A program made the translations under genes and the position numbers. The notes under the pieces were generated by a model. It saw only the letters and a list, made by a program, of their open reading frames with translations, was not told the DNA's origin and made no database searches. DNA of 61,611 nucleotides, the filler included. It is 6 parts of 6 records of this genome, joined end to end, with 100 filler letters (N's around TTAATTAATTAA, not from the genome) between each part and the next. Parts side by side here need not be neighbours in the genome. Positions count along the whole stretch, not along the records: positions 33,391 to 47,237 come from DRR723986_8584; positions 47,338 to 55,186 come from DRR723986_8585; 4 more parts are not named here. One strand, written 5' to 3'. This document shows positions 43,279 through 52,576 of this stretch, piece after piece (the first letter of the stretch is position 1; every line of letters starts with the position of its first letter).

Positions 43279-43598
43279 CTTCCTCCGTTTTCCGGGGCGC
43301 TGAAAGTCGCGGTTTCGCCCTGGAAATCCACTTCAAATAGGCATGATTCTGAGGGCAGGTAAACCGGTTTTCTGAACGAGGGAATCAGCAAACACCGTGA
43401 GAAAGCGTTAGGTGATTCGCGCTCTCAAAGAGATTTCATAAATCCGATAGAAATACTCGAGATAGACAATTCGTCTGCGTGATGTTTGGTCGAAATTTCT
43501 TTCTCGACATTTTGTCTAGATCGCACATTTAGCACGACAAAGTACTTTATGTGGCGGTCTGCCCCGCGTCATTCTTGGAGACGGGAGGACAGCTGGGT

Positions 43599-44168
43599 TT
43601 GATCCACGATCCAAATAGATTTGAACAAATGCCGGTTGGCATTGTTTTGCGCCGCGTGCCGGGGGTGACCCAGTGGGCGGCTTGGTCGTGGAAAGCGACC
43701 GGAGTTTTGCCGGGGGCTGCGGATGCGAATTGGCGGGTGTTGCGGACGGAAGGCGACATGACCGAATATCACGCCACCACGCTGCCGGTTGAACTGCACG
43801 GTGCGGAAACCGAGGCATATCTGCATGGTCTGGCAGCGCAAGAACCGGCTTTGTATGTCGTGATGCGCGAGAGTGTTCGTGTGGATGAACCCCTCGATAT
43901 CGTTCTGATTACAGCCTCGCCATATGAGGCGCAGGATTATGCGGACAGTGGCGAAGAGATCATTGAGAAGATCGCGATGCCCGCGGCGGTGGTGGCTTGG
44001 GTTTTGGATTTTGTCGAAACCCACCACCGCGAAGAGATCTTCAAGAAACGCAAGCGCGACAAGAAAGACATTGGGTTGGTCGAGGATGGCGTCGGGGACG
44101 CGCGCATCACTCAGATGGCTGATGTCTATCGCGCTCCGTCGCAAGCCAAAAAGGAGCGTTTGCAATGA
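43599..44168 (+). CDS. DUF3305-like FDH accessory protein
   Basis: MPVGIVLRR..W, ELH..ETEAY..L, TASPYEAQ, FKKRKRD; start uncertain (43599 or 43629). Confidence 0.75.
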   Translation: MIHDPNRFEQMPVGIVLRRVPGVTQWAAWSWKATGVLPGAADANWRVLRTEGDMTEYHATTLPVELHGAETEAYLHGLAAQEPALYVVMRESVRVDEPLDIVLITASPYEAQDYADSGEEIIEKIAMPAAVVAWVLDFVETHHREEIFKKRKRDKKDIGLVEDGVGDARITQMADVYRAPSQAKKERLQ

Positions 44169-44800
44169 GCCGCTTCTGGGCAAACCGAAAGGCGGCTGTG
44201 CAAGCCGAGGCCAAAGCTGATGAACAACAGGTTGAAGCCGACGCGCAAGCCCTGCGTGAGGCTGAACTGGCGGACCGTACCGATGCGGAAATTCTGGCTG
44301 AGCTTGAGTTGCCCGATCCGGATACGTTGGAGGAGGGGGACGATTTCAAAGTGTTCCTGACGGAGGCCGTACCAGCGCGCATCCGTACCCGTGCACTGCG
44401 TCGGCTTTGGCGGTTAAATCCGGTTTTGGCCAATGTTGATGGGTTGGTTGATTACGGCGAAGATTTCAACGACGCCTCTTTCTTTCTCGAAAATATGCAG
44501 ACCGCTTATCAGGTGGGTAAGGGGATGACGGAACACGTGTTGGAGTTGGCCCGTCAAGCCGAAGCCGAGACCGAGGGTGAAACCACCCCTGAAGCCCCCG
44601 AGATGGAAACGCCCGAGCAACTGGCCCATCGGGAAGATGATGACGTGGACGAGGTGCCTGTCTTTGTAAGCAAGACGTCGGCAGCTCAGCCTCCGAACGT
44701 AGAGCCCGAGTCTGAGCTTCAAGCCCCCAATATGCACCGCATGCGGTTTGTCTTTGATGCCCCCGCCAATCCGGGGCTGCCGGAGATGGCGAATGAATGA
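44165..44800 (+). CDS. DUF3306-like FDH accessory protein
   Basis: LPDPDTL..GDDF..FL, RALRRLW, DGL.DYGEDF. Confidence 0.8.
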   Translation: MSRFWANRKAAVQAEAKADEQQVEADAQALREAELADRTDAEILAELELPDPDTLEEGDDFKVFLTEAVPARIRTRALRRLWRLNPVLANVDGLVDYGEDFNDASFFLENMQTAYQVGKGMTEHVLELARQAEAETEGETTPEAPEMETPEQLAHREDDDVDEVPVFVSKTSAAQPPNVEPESELQAPNMHRMRFVFDAPANPGLPEMANE

Positions 44801-45416
44801 GGATACCCAAATGAATGTAGCGCAAGACCTCCGTGTCTCTGAGGAAGATCGCCTGCGGGCGGATCTTTATAACTATCTCGGCAAGATCTTGTCTGGGCCA
44901 CCAAATGCGGACCTGCTGAGTATGACGTCGGGCCTGTCGGGCGACGATACCCCGCTGGGCGTAGCAATCAATGCGCTGGCCAAGATTGCAAAGTTGTCGA
45001 AACCAGCGGCGATCGAAAGCGAATTCAACAAGCTGTTCATTGGTTTGGGTCGGGGTGAGCTGTTGCCCTATGCAAGCTATTACCTGACCGGGTTCCTGAA
45101 TGAAAAGCCGCTGGCGAAATTGCGTCAGGATATGGCCGCGCGGGGCCTGACGCGGGCACAAAACGTCTATGAGCCCGAAGATAACATTGCGTCTTTGATG
45201 GAGATTATGGGCGCGCTGATCGTTGGCCGATTTGGGCAAGCGCGCGATGTCAGGGATCAGAAGCTCTTTTTCAACACGCATATCGCTCCGTGGGCTGGGC
45301 ATTTTTTCGCGGATTTAGAAGCGGCCAAAAACTCGGTTTTCTATGCAGCTGTCGGTCAGGTTGGCCGCGTTTTCATGGAGATTGAAGCCGAAGGATTTCG
45401 AATGAGCGCGGAGTGA
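44793..45416 (+). CDS. TorD/DmsD family molybdoenzyme chaperone
   Basis: EFNKLFIG, PYASYY, EPEDNI, FFNTHIAPW. Confidence 0.88.
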   Translation: MNEDTQMNVAQDLRVSEEDRLRADLYNYLGKILSGPPNADLLSMTSGLSGDDTPLGVAINALAKIAKLSKPAAIESEFNKLFIGLGRGELLPYASYYLTGFLNEKPLAKLRQDMAARGLTRAQNVYEPEDNIASLMEIMGALIVGRFGQARDVRDQKLFFNTHIAPWAGHFFADLEAAKNSVFYAAVGQVGRVFMEIEAEGFRMSAE

Positions 45417-45465
45417 TCCGCTTAAACTGGTGGGCAACCACCGCCAACAGAGAGGAGGAACTCTC

Positions 45466-45660
45466 ATGACCCAGAAGGACAAGGAGACGACAAGTCGCCG
45501 GGACTTTCTGAAACTGGCCGGAACAGCAGCCCCAGCGGCTGCGGTGACCGTTATGGCCAGCGGGCAACAGGCCGAAGCGGCCGCTGAGCCTGATCTGCAA
45601 TCCACACGATTGCAGGACACGGCGCAGACGCGCGCCTATTTTGACTCGGCCCGTTTCTAA
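45466..45660 (+). CDS. Small twin-arginine signal protein preceding FDH
   Basis: SRRDFLK Tat motif; GGAGG RBS. Confidence 0.8.
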   Translation: MTQKDKETTSRRDFLKLAGTAAPAAAVTVMASGQQAEAAAEPDLQSTRLQDTAQTRAYFDSARF

Positions 45661-45764
45661 CAGGCCGATCAACCCGTACCTGAGACGACTGGTTGCGTTA
45701 GGCCCGACAGTCAAAGGTTTTCATCAACCCAGCCAGCCCCAGTGGGGTAGCAAGGGAGGTTAAC

Positions 45765-47237
45765 ATGCTGAGGAAAAAGACCAACGGGGTTGCGAGACGC
45801 CCCCAGCGGACCAGTATCCTTTCCGAAGTCGCGGAAAAATCCGTCGACCGCCGCGCGTTTTTGCGTGGCAGCGGCCTGGCCATTGGTGGTCTTGCCGCGA
45901 TCAGCGCCACTGGAGGAACAGTGACGCAGGCCAATGCGCAGACTGCTGCAGCCGGGGCCGTTGAGACGATAAAATCTATCTGCACCCATTGTTCGGTTGG
46001 CTGTACAGTCGTTGCCGAAGTGGAAAGTGGTGTCTGGACCGGGCAGGAACCTGGTTATGACAGCCCGTTCAACTTGGGAGCACATTGTGCCAAAGGCGCC
46101 TCGGTGCGCGAACATGCCCATGGCGAACGCCGCCTGAAATACCCGATGAAGAAAGAGGGTGGCGAATGGAAGCGCATCAGCTGGGCGCAAGCGATCGACG
46201 AGATCGGCGACGGCATGATGAAGATCCGGGAAGAAAGCGGCCCGGACAGCGTCTATTGGTTGGGCAGTGCTAAGCATTCGAATGAACAGGCCTATCTGTT
46301 CCGCAAATTCGCCGCCTATTGGGGCACGAACAACGTGGATCACCAGGCCCGGATCTGTCACTCGACCACAGTGGCCGGTGTTGCAAACACATGGGGCTAC
46401 GGCGCCATGACGAACAGCTACAACGACATTCATAATTCCAAGTCCATCTTTATTATCGGTGGTAACCCAGCAGAAGCACACCCTGTGTCGCTGTTGCACG
46501 TGCTCAAGGCGAAAGAAGAAAACAACGCGCCGCTGATCGTGTGTGACCCGCGGTTTACGCGCACAGCGGCCCATGCGGATGAATATGTACGTTTCCGTCC
46601 GGGCACAGATGTTGCGCTGGTTTGGGGTCTGTTGTGGCATATCTTTGAGAACGGTTGGGAAGACAAAGAGTTCATCCGCACCCGTGTCTGGGGTATGGAT
46701 CAGATCCGCACCGAAGTGAAAAAGTGGAACCCCGAAGAAGTCGAACGCGTCACTGGTGCTCCGGGTGAACAGTTGCGTCGCGTTGCGCGGACTTTGGCCA
46801 ACAACCGACCCGGCACCGTGATCTGGTGTATGGGTGGCACACAGCACACCAACGGCAACAACAACACACGCGCCTATTGCGTTCTTCAGCTTGCGTTGGG
46901 GAACATGGGCGCCGAAGGTGGCGGAACGAACATTTTCCGTGGCCACGACAACGTGCAGGGCGCGACCGATCTTGGCGTTCTGAGCCACACCTTGCCGGGC
47001 TATTATGGTCTGTCGGCTGGTGCTTGGGCCCATTGGGCGCGCGTCTGGGAAGAAGATCCAGAATGGCTGGGTGCGCAGTTTGCCAAGGTTACCGGGTCAG
47101 ACGGCAAGGAAAAGAGCCTGCAGAATCTAAAGGGCATTCCTGTCAGTCGCTGGATCGACGGCGTTCTGGAAGATCCCGATAACATGGACAACCCTGATAA
47201 GGTGCGTGCCATGGTTTTGTGGGGGCATGCGCCCAAC
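45765..47237 (+). CDS. fdhA: Formate dehydrogenase alpha subunit (Tat-exported, Cys-type), 3'-truncated
   Basis: DRRAFL Tat motif, CTHCSVGC..C Fe-S motif, QARICHSTT active site, RGHDNVQG. Confidence 0.93.
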
Positions 47238-47337
47238 NNNNNNNNNNNNNNNNNNNNNNNNNNNNNNNNNNNNNNNNNNNNTTAATTAATTAANNNNNNN
47301 NNNNNNNNNNNNNNNNNNNNNNNNNNNNNNNNNNNNN
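47238..47337. other. Artificial contig spacer
   Basis: N-run with TTAATTAATTAA. Confidence 0.99.
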
Positions 47338-47463
<126 letters not shown>

Positions 47464-47472
47464 TTACGTGTA

Positions 47473-47988
47473 TCAGCCGACGCGCGCCATGTCGAAATGG
47501 TCGACGCGCTCGCCGCGGCCCATGCAGAAAATCGGGCGCCGGTCCGCCTTCATGAATTTCAGCTTCTCAAGAACGCGGCCGGATGCCGGATTATCGACGA
47601 GGTAGCCGGAGACAAAGCCGTGTTCGCCCCGCTCACGCAGCCAGTTGATCAGCGCGCCGGCGGCTTCGGTCATGAGGCCGTTGCCCCATTCGGCCGGGGA
47701 CAGCCAATAGCCGATCTCGAATGGCAGCTGCAGCTCGTCGCGTTCTGCGCCGACCACGCCGATCAACTCGCCGTCCTGTTCAATAGCGAAGATGTGTGCC
47801 GCATTGCGCTCCCGGCGGGCCGGATGCTTGGAGATCCATTCGGCTGACTGGGCCACCGTCTGATGCGGCGGGATGCGGGCGACCATGCGATAGATCTTCG
47901 GATCGTTCACCAGGTCTGTGATCGTCGGTGCATCGTCCACGCGCAGCCGCCTCAGGGCGAATCTGTCGGTCGTTATGGCTGCACACAT
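47473..47988 (-). CDS. GNAT (RimJ/RimL-type) acetyltransferase
   Basis: EIGYWL...WGNGLMTEAA, DNPASGRVLEKL; AGGAG RBS before ATG 47988. Confidence 0.9.
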   Translation of the reverse strand: MCAAITTDRFALRRLRVDDAPTITDLVNDPKIYRMVARIPPHQTVAQSAEWISKHPARRERNAAHIFAIEQDGELIGVVGAERDELQLPFEIGYWLSPAEWGNGLMTEAAGALINWLRERGEHGFVSGYLVDNPASGRVLEKLKFMKADRRPIFCMGRGERVDHFDMARVG

Positions 47989-48119
47989 GCTGTGACTCCT
48001 TCCTGAGTCGTAAGCGGGCAGGGGAGACATGGAAAAGGGGGAGACAGTGGCCTGCCTCCCCCCGGAAACTGATCGTCTGGTGCGATCCGGCCACGTTCCC
48101 GCGGCCGCGCTGTCAGCCG

Positions 48120-48389
48120 CTATTCTGCTGCTTCCGCCACCGGTACAATGTTTACGTAGACGCGGCCCTTGGCCTTCTTCGCAAACTCGACCTTGCCCTC
48201 GGTGAGGGCAAAGAGGGTGTGATCGCGGCCCATGCCGACGCCTTTGCCCGGCCACTTCTGGGTGCCGCGCTGACGTACGAGAATGTTGCCCGGGATGACG
48301 TGCTCGCCACCGAACTTCTTCACACCGAGGTACTTCGGATTCGAATCGCGACCGTTACGGGACGAACCACCTGATTTCTTATGAGCCAT
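48120..48389 (-). CDS. rpmA: 50S ribosomal protein L27
   Basis: [26 protein letters not shown]. Confidence 0.98.
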   Translation of the reverse strand: MAHKKSGGSSRNGRDSNPKYLGVKKFGGEHVIPGNILVRQRGTQKWPGKGVGMGRDHTLFALTEGKVEFAKKAKGRVYVNIVPVAEAAE

Positions 48390-48430
48390 GGTTTGCTCCT
48401 GATCCTTTAGCGGAGGGCCTTATACAGGCC

Positions 48431-49057
48431 TTATGCGTCTTTTGCGAGTTCTTTTGCCTGCTCGACCCAGCCGTCCTTGGCGAAGCGGCCGGAGAGGCTG
48501 AGCTGTTCTTCCAGCTCGGCGATCTGAGCGTCGGTAAGGGCAGCGATCTGAGCGAAGGTGGTGATGCCTGCGCCGTTCAGCTTTTTCTCAAGAGCCGGGC
48601 CAATGCCGGTCAGCTTCTTGAGGTTGTCAGCTGCGCCAGCTTCGGCGGCCGGGGCGGCAGCTGCCTCTGCTTTCGGAGCAGCGGTTTCAGCCTTCGGGGC
48701 CTCTTCCGTCTTGGCAGCGGCTTTTTTCGCCGGCTTCTTGGCACCGTCAGCGCTGATACCGGTGATTTTCACCACGGTCAGGTGCTGTTTGTGGCCGATC
48801 GTGCGGCGGTAGGTCTGGCGCTGGCGCTTCTTGCGGGTGATGACCTTGTCGCCGCGGGTCTGCTCAGCGATTTCGCCGGTCACAGCGGCGCCGGCCACGA
48901 CGGGCGCGCCAACCGTAACATTTGCGCCTTCGCCCAGCATCAGGACGGTATCGAACACCACATCCTTGCCAGCTTCGGCATTAAGCTTTTCGACAACAAT
49001 CGTGTCGCCTTCAGCGACCTTGTATTGTTTGCCACCTGTCTTGATGACCGCGAACAT
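48431..49057 (-). CDS. rplU: 50S ribosomal protein L21 with C-terminal helix-hairpin-helix extension
   Basis: [17 protein letters not shown]-rich linker then [19 protein letters not shown]. Confidence 0.96.
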   Translation of the reverse strand: MFAVIKTGGKQYKVAEGDTIVVEKLNAEAGKDVVFDTVLMLGEGANVTVGAPVVAGAAVTGEIAEQTRGDKVITRKKRQRQTYRRTIGHKQHLTVVKITGISADGAKKPAKKAAAKTEEAPKAETAAPKAEAAAAPAAEAGAADNLKKLTGIGPALEKKLNGAGITTFAQIAALTDAQIAELEEQLSLSGRFAKDGWVEQAKELAKDA

Positions 49058-49238
49058 GGGTCTCATCCTTCCGGCATGGAAATAAACGGGATATGCACGG
49101 GAGCCGTCACCGGCCCCGCGCCTGAAGCGGGGGGTAAACACTAAAGCGGCAGCGCTGTCAAATATCATCTTCAGGCGTTTTCAGGTGGTTGAAATCCGCG
49201 CGCAGTCATTATAGGTGACGGCGCTTCAACACCGGCGC

Positions 49239-49328
49239 GGAGAGGTGCTAGAGTGGTTGAATAGGCTAGTCTCGAAAACTAGTGAACTCGCAAGGGTTCC
49301 GAGGGTTCGAATCCCTCTCTCTCCGCCA
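49239..49328 (+). tRNA. tRNA-Ser(CGA)
   Basis: GGAGAGG acceptor stem, CTAGT-CT-CGA-AA-ACTAG anticodon arm, long variable arm, GGTTCGAATCC T-arm, encoded CCA. Confidence 0.96.
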
Positions 49329-49495
49329 GCCACACCCCCAAACAGAGAAAAGTACCGTCGCTTCCACGCAAAGCCCCGCACACCGTGGGCTTTGGCGCCA
49401 GGGCTGCGTCTCCGTTTCCGGAACAGGGTAGATTTCGCGCCCGAAATTGGCCGCCGTCTCCAATCGCCAAATGCAACAGTACCCTCAGGCCCGAT

Positions 49496-49686
49496 TTCCC
49501 TGATAACCTGCAATTTACAGGGAAATTCTGCAAAACAACAGGGAAACGCCCCAGAACACGCCGGGAATTCCTCGTGAAATCAGTGGGTTTCGGGAAAATT
49601 CCCTAATCCAGGAACAGGGAATTTCCCGACGACAAACAGGGAAATGATTTCAAAGTACAGGGAACCGTATCGCCAATATCAGGGAG
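49496..49686 (+). repeat. Phased ACAGGGAA direct-repeat array
   Basis: Exact copies at 49517, 49538, 49614, 49636, 49657; degenerate copies at 49560 and 49679; 21-22 bp period; inverted TTCCCTGA at 49496. Confidence 0.9.
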
Positions 49687-51328
49687 CCGCTTCGAACCCC
49701 AGCGCCGTCCATTGTTCATCCCAGTCCAAGGGAATTCCGGACGCTACGAGCTGCGTCAGCGTCAGACCCTCGGGCTGTCGGCCATTCAGGATCGCACCGA
49801 CAATAACAGGCGAAAGGAACGCGAGCTGGATGCGCTGCCGGACCATCAGCGTCTTCCACCCATAACGCGCTGCAATGTCCTTCATGAGGATGCCAGATTT
49901 GATTTCCTCCAGCCAGGAATGCGCGAGAGCAATTATCCGGATCAGCTTCGGGTCCGGAACCGTATGGATCGCTCCAAACACCAGCTTCGATTCCTTCCCG
50001 CGCCGCCTGACCCCGAACGGCGCTTCAAGTTGGAGATGGTTCCAGTCAATGTCTTCTCCCGCCACTCCGAACCACTCGGCGATCACATTCGCAGACAGTG
50101 TGATGTCCAACCGCCCGGCAGAGACCTGCACCCGCTCGATCAGGTCCGCGGCCACATTCCGGGAGAGCCTCCCGAGATTGCTCTTCAGGTTTTCAAGTAA
50201 CAACGGTGTTGGACTGCTGAGGAGCCGGGACACATCACTGTTGATATGCCGGAAGACAGCTTCGCACACGGCGTCTTCCAGCTGCTTCGCCGGTAGCCTC
50301 CAGCCGGAAGCATCCGCCGGTGATCCTGCCAGCAACCGACTCGAGACATAATAGCGATATCGGCGACTACCTTTCTGGGAGTGGGTCGGGGTCAAGAAGT
50401 CACCCGTCTCGTCAAAGATCCGTCCGGTCAGCAAGGCACCAGACCTGGACGGGCATCGGGACTTCTTCGGAGATTTTAGGTCCAGCTGTTCCTGCACACG
50501 ATCCCACAAATCCTGATCCACAATCGCATCATGTATTCCTTCGTGGGATTCCTGCTTATGGCGGATGCGACCGATATAGACCGGGTTGCGTAGGATAAAG
50601 TTGATCTGTCCGCGACTGAGGGGCTTGGAACCCGTTACCTTACCATCGCTGAAGGTCCGCCGCTTGGACCGGTAGCCACGAGCGATGACATCCTGCTCGA
50701 CTAGGCGCAGGCAACCATAGTGGTCATAGAGACGGAAGATTTCCCGGACGATCTCTGCTTCCTTGTCATTGATCACGAGCGTCTGCATTTTCGGATCCGG
50801 ATGCCGGTCATATCCGAGCGGGAGCAGCCCCCCCATCCAGTAGCCCTTCTTCTTCGATGCAGTGATCTTGTCCCGGATACGTTCGGCGGTGACCTCCCGC
50901 TCGAACTGGGCAAATGAGAGCAGCACATTGAGCGTCAGGCGGCCCATACTCGTCGATGTGTTGAACGACTGGGTGACCGAGACGAAGGAGCAGTCCGCGG
51001 CATCGAACCGGTCGACCAGTCTGGCAAAGTCCGCAAGTGACCGGGTGAGCCGGTCGATTTTGTAGACAACCACCAGATCCACCTTGCCATTCGCGATGTC
51101 CTCCAGAAGCCGCTGAAGTGCAGGACGGTCCAGGTTGCCGCCCGACAATCCGCCGTCATCATAGTGCGCCGGGACCAGCTTCCAGCCCTCATGTCGCTGG
51201 CTGGAGATGTAGCTCTCACAGGCTTCCCGCTGGGCATCGAGTGAGTTGAACGCCTGGTCGAGGCCCTCGTCGCTCGATTTGCGGGTATAGATGGCGCAAC
51301 GGATTGTCCGGCGGTCGGGCTTTGTCAT
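49679..51328 (-). CDS. Large serine recombinase
   Basis: CAIYTRKSS catalytic Ser, DRPALQRLL, YKIDRLTRS, FAQFEREVTAERIRD, recombinase domain (RNPVYIG..H..IVD..LW); ATGA overlap with the upstream gene. Confidence 0.93.
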   Translation of the reverse strand: MTKPDRRTIRCAIYTRKSSDEGLDQAFNSLDAQREACESYISSQRHEGWKLVPAHYDDGGLSGGNLDRPALQRLLEDIANGKVDLVVVYKIDRLTRSLADFARLVDRFDAADCSFVSVTQSFNTSTSMGRLTLNVLLSFAQFEREVTAERIRDKITASKKKGYWMGGLLPLGYDRHPDPKMQTLVINDKEAEIVREIFRLYDHYGCLRLVEQDVIARGYRSKRRTFSDGKVTGSKPLSRGQINFILRNPVYIGRIRHKQESHEGIHDAIVDQDLWDRVQEQLDLKSPKKSRCPSRSGALLTGRIFDETGDFLTPTHSQKGSRRYRYYVSSRLLAGSPADASGWRLPAKQLEDAVCEAVFRHINSDVSRLLSSPTPLLLENLKSNLGRLSRNVAADLIERVQVSAGRLDITLSANVIAEWFGVAGEDIDWNHLQLEAPFGVRRRGKESKLVFGAIHTVPDPKLIRIIALAHSWLEEIKSGILMKDIAARYGWKTLMVRQRIQLAFLSPVIVGAILNGRQPEGLTLTQLVASGIPLDWDEQWTALGFEAAP

Positions 51329-51729
51329 GCTGATCCTCTCAGTCCGAAGAAGCGCGGGCCGGACCATTTCGCGCCGGTGATCTCCTTTGCGATGGCTGAG
51401 AGCGAGCGATAGGTCTTGCCGCGATATGAAAAGCCATTGTCGATCCGGTCCACCACATGTGCGACACCGTTCCATTCGCGGACCAGCCGGGCATCGGATC
51501 TGAGTTGGACGGTGGGACTGACTGCTCCGTCCGAATCAGCGATCGACCGAAGCTGCTTTATAAGCCGAAGGTCCTGGCCGCCGTGCTCAGCAGCCTGGGT
51601 TTCGAAGGCGACGATCCGACAGAGCAGGGGCGTGCTCAAGCCCTTCGGTGGCGGCGTGTCGAGTAGTTGCTCGTAACGATCGACCAGGTCGGCGCGAGAG
51701 ATATCTTGAAGTTCAGCCGTAGGCGTCAT
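51325..51729 (-). CDS. DUF2924-like protein
   Basis: RLVREWNG..H.V, F.YRGKTYRSLSAIAKEITGAKWSGPRFFGL. Confidence 0.88.
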   Translation of the reverse strand: MTPTAELQDISRADLVDRYEQLLDTPPPKGLSTPLLCRIVAFETQAAEHGGQDLRLIKQLRSIADSDGAVSPTVQLRSDARLVREWNGVAHVVDRIDNGFSYRGKTYRSLSAIAKEITGAKWSGPRFFGLRGSA

Positions 51730-51980
51730 TTCTTCGCTCCAACGATGCGGTAGCGGGATTGGCGCGAGCCTTCTGCTGGCTCCAGCTTCTCCACCTCGAT
51801 CCCGGCCTGCTTTAGGCGGGTGAGCGCAGCGCGAGTTGTGTGCGTCTGCCAGCCGAGTTTTGTGGAGAGTGCTTCAATGGTCATACCCTCAGGATTGGCG
51901 AGGAGGCTTTTGAGCTGATCTGTTTTCGAAGCCCTGGCTTTGGGCTGCGGAGCGGCGCGGGTGGATTTGCGGTTTTTCAT
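51726..51980 (-). CDS. DUF3489-like winged-helix protein
   Basis: SK...L..LL..PEG.TI..L....GWQTHTTRAALT.L...YRI; AAGGA RBS before ATG 51980. Confidence 0.82.
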   Translation of the reverse strand: MKNRKSTRAAPQPKARASKTDQLKSLLANPEGMTIEALSTKLGWQTHTTRAALTRLKQAGIEVEKLEPAEGSRQSRYRIVGAKK

Positions 51981-52108
51981 CGGGTTTCCTTTCAGGTCTG
52001 AGGAAGCGATCAGTGCTTCCACGACCCGAAGGCCCGAGGATTTTCCGGGCGTTCGCGATGTCGTCCGCGACAGGAATAGCAATGCTCGGAATAAGGCTGC
52101 AGTCCAGT

Positions 52109-52336
52109 CTATTCGCTCTGTGAGCGGATATACTTCAACATAGCGGCCTCGGCTTTTCCGCAGTGAGATTTTGCCTTGTCGAGTAGGGCGCCAAGAGACT
52201 GTATCTCCCGGAGGCGCTTTTCGTCAGGAAGAACAGGCAGTTGAGCTTCTACGGCCTGCTCGCAGGCATCTTCAGCAGCTTCCAGTACCTTTATGATCCT
52301 GCGGCGGATTTGGTCGATGGCGTCCATGTCGGACAC
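52109..52336 (-). CDS. Small helical hypothetical protein
   Basis: 75-aa ORF with amphipathic helical pattern, co-oriented with the element core; start GTG 52336 or ATG 52327. Confidence 0.55.
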   Translation of the reverse strand: MSDMDAIDQIRRRIIKVLEAAEDACEQAVEAQLPVLPDEKRLREIQSLGALLDKAKSHCGKAEAAMLKYIRSQSE

Positions 52337-52576
52337 GTGCGCTCAGGTAGGCGCAGAAGTCCACGTTGCTACCTGGTGCTTCGGCTGGAAAATCCCGGAA
52401 GCAGTCATAAGCGCATCGACTACCCGACAACCGAGAATCGTCCGAGGGGTTATTAGCGGCTTGATGGCTAAAGGTCGGTCTAAATCCATTTAGACAAATG
52501 TAACGCAGCGCGGAACTGCGGTTAGAAAAGCAAAGGCCGTTTCCAGCGTACGCCGGTATTGATATATATATTGCCC

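Noticed and set aside
46340-46380. Selenocysteine in formate dehydrogenase
   Set aside because: The active-site codon is TGT (Cys) in QARICHSTT, with no in-frame TGA
49215-49606. ORFs overlapping the tRNA and repeat array
   Set aside because: Explained by tRNA-Ser and the non-coding element end; no protein features
49496-49686. Repeat array as a CRISPR array
   Set aside because: 8-bp repeats with 13-14 bp gaps are far too short, and no cas genes are present
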